DNA from: Chiloscyllium plagiosum
Lineage: Eukaryota
Reading direction: 5' to 3'
Assembly (NCBI RefSeq): GCF_004010195.1
Contig: NW_025214417.1
Span: 1-33,270 of the forward strand
DNA length: 33,270 nucleotides
The position numbers were made by a program, and so were the translations under genes. Below are positions 33,040 to 33,270 of this stretch, piece after piece (position 1 is the first letter of the stretch; the number at the start of each line of letters is the position of its first letter). The notes under the pieces were generated by a model. That model was not told where the DNA came from and made no database searches. It saw only the letters and a list, made by a program, of their open reading frames with translations.

Positions 33040-33270
33040 ATGGGATGACTGATGGGAGCCAAAGTACAAAATAAGTTAAAATATACATTGGAAGGAAAAT
33101 AGGTCCATACGAGAGAGTCTATATTCCTTTGCCAACGGCAGGTCATGCCTGACAAAGCTGATTCATATATTTGATGACGTCACATAGTCAGTATATGAGG
33201 GAGTACTGTGAATGTTGTTTCTTTGGAGTTTCAGAAAGTATTTGTTACACTGCCACGTGACATTTTGTTT
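33040..33270 (+). mobile_element. Decayed CR1 RT fragment, runs off the window
   Basis: GRSCLTKLIHIFDDVT..VNVVSLEFQKVFVTLP resembles GRSCLTNLIEFFE.VT..VDVVYLDFQKAFD.VP. Confidence 0.75.

Overview
Vertebrate genomic DNA, very probably from a shark or other elasmobranch, judged from HE1-type tRNA-derived SINEs, dense CR1 LINEs, Penelope-like elements (PLEs) and a shark-type GPR139-like GPCR exon. It comes from a gapped scaffold with N-runs at 6786-6829, 11383-11960, 13692-13871 and 16362-17352. Most of the window is nested, decayed retroelements: CR1 fragments (one reaching from the RT back into ORF1), Neptune-like and Poseidon-like PLEs (RT plus GIY-YIG endonuclease) and SINEs. The only recognisable host gene is a frameshifted orphan GPCR exon (minus strand, 17353-18033). 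It lies between two degenerate minisatellites with 38-bp and 26-bp periods. The strongest non-coding signal is a set of minimal type I hammerhead ribozyme (HHR) motifs in the PLE 3' termini. One has an intact core (9534-9561) and sits in a ~140-bp TSD-flanked mini-insertion. Several rearrangements map exactly onto the ribozyme: two head-to-head fold-back junctions, a 21-nt locally templated insertion and a 154-bp locally templated replacement. PLE-borne HHRs are known. The ribozyme-centred breakpoints and the strand asymmetry are my observations and inferences and are untested. All family assignments come from motif recognition, not database searches.
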